This document shows, piece after piece, positions 63,820-64,000 of a stretch of DNA of 64,000 nt (within the stretch, counting starts at the first letter, position 1; every line of letters starts with the position of its first letter). The translations under genes were made by a program, and so were the position numbers. Source of the stretch: Selaginella moellendorffii. Its lineage: Eukaryota; Plantae; Lycopodiophyta. The stretch is from positions 620,001-684,000 of the forward strand of contig NW_003314315.1 in the NCBI RefSeq assembly GCF_000143415.4. Direction: 5' to 3'. Under the pieces are notes generated by a model, which saw only the letters and a program-made list of their open reading frames with translations, did no database searches and was not told the origin of the DNA.

Positions 63820-64000
63820 CTACCTCGTTTGCGAGGCATGGTTCTTGCCTGAAAGCCCCTTCTTGGCGCCCTCGATTTCGTCCTTGAGCATTGCCTTGGC
63901 GTCATCCAGGACGCTCCGCCCCTCGCCCTCATCGTCACCTGCGCTGCCAGATTTTGCTTTCTCTGCCTGCTCGTATTTCTCGTTGAGGCCTGCTGCATGG
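63820..64000 (-). CDS. 3' end of a hydrophilic (LEA-like) protein running off the window
   Basis: Open frame ...NEKYEQAEKAKSGSAGDDEGEGRSVLDDAKAMLKDEIEGAKKGLSGKNHASQTR*. Confidence 0.35.
   Translation of the reverse strand, partial: HAAGLNEKYEQAEKAKSGSAGDDEGEGRSVLDDAKAMLKDEIEGAKKGLSGKNHASQTR

Noticed and set aside
62985-63998. 337-aa minus-strand ORF
   Set aside because: Antisense shadow of the GC-rich lectin paralog, with no recognisable domain.

Overview
Eukaryotic nuclear DNA from a compact land-plant genome. The ~55-90 bp introns, very short intergenic gaps and short-motif PPR gene suggest a Selaginella-like lycophyte (inference). Two gene-dense, GC-richer blocks flank an AT-rich island of decayed mobile elements at ~3.3-25.3 kb, which contains an N gap at 24273-24592. 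The genes are phytoene synthase, a His/Pro-repeat membrane extensin-like protein, a NYN-LOTUS RNase, a multipass membrane protein, a PPR-E protein, germin, an LCAT-like phospholipase, a pectin methylesterase, tRNA-Pro, FolD, a pterin aldehyde reductase-like SDR, two convergent D-type cyclins and three copies of an unknown-domain + bulb-lectin gene. The island holds a frameshifted Crinkler-like P-loop NTPase + REase gene, two inverted KLHDC4 pseudogene copies at its edges, a 5.8 kb element with ~900 bp inverted termini and a 5-bp TSD, a Cassandra-type TRIM with a 5S rRNA promoter, and a MITE. The best candidate for an undescribed system is also in the island: a Mutator-like transposase (GCM-like Zn domain, DDE core, SWIM) facing a ParB-like ORF, with a minisatellite and tandem long hairpins between them. 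The FolD has substitutions at three key catalytic or cofactor residues. All calls were made by eye, without database searches.
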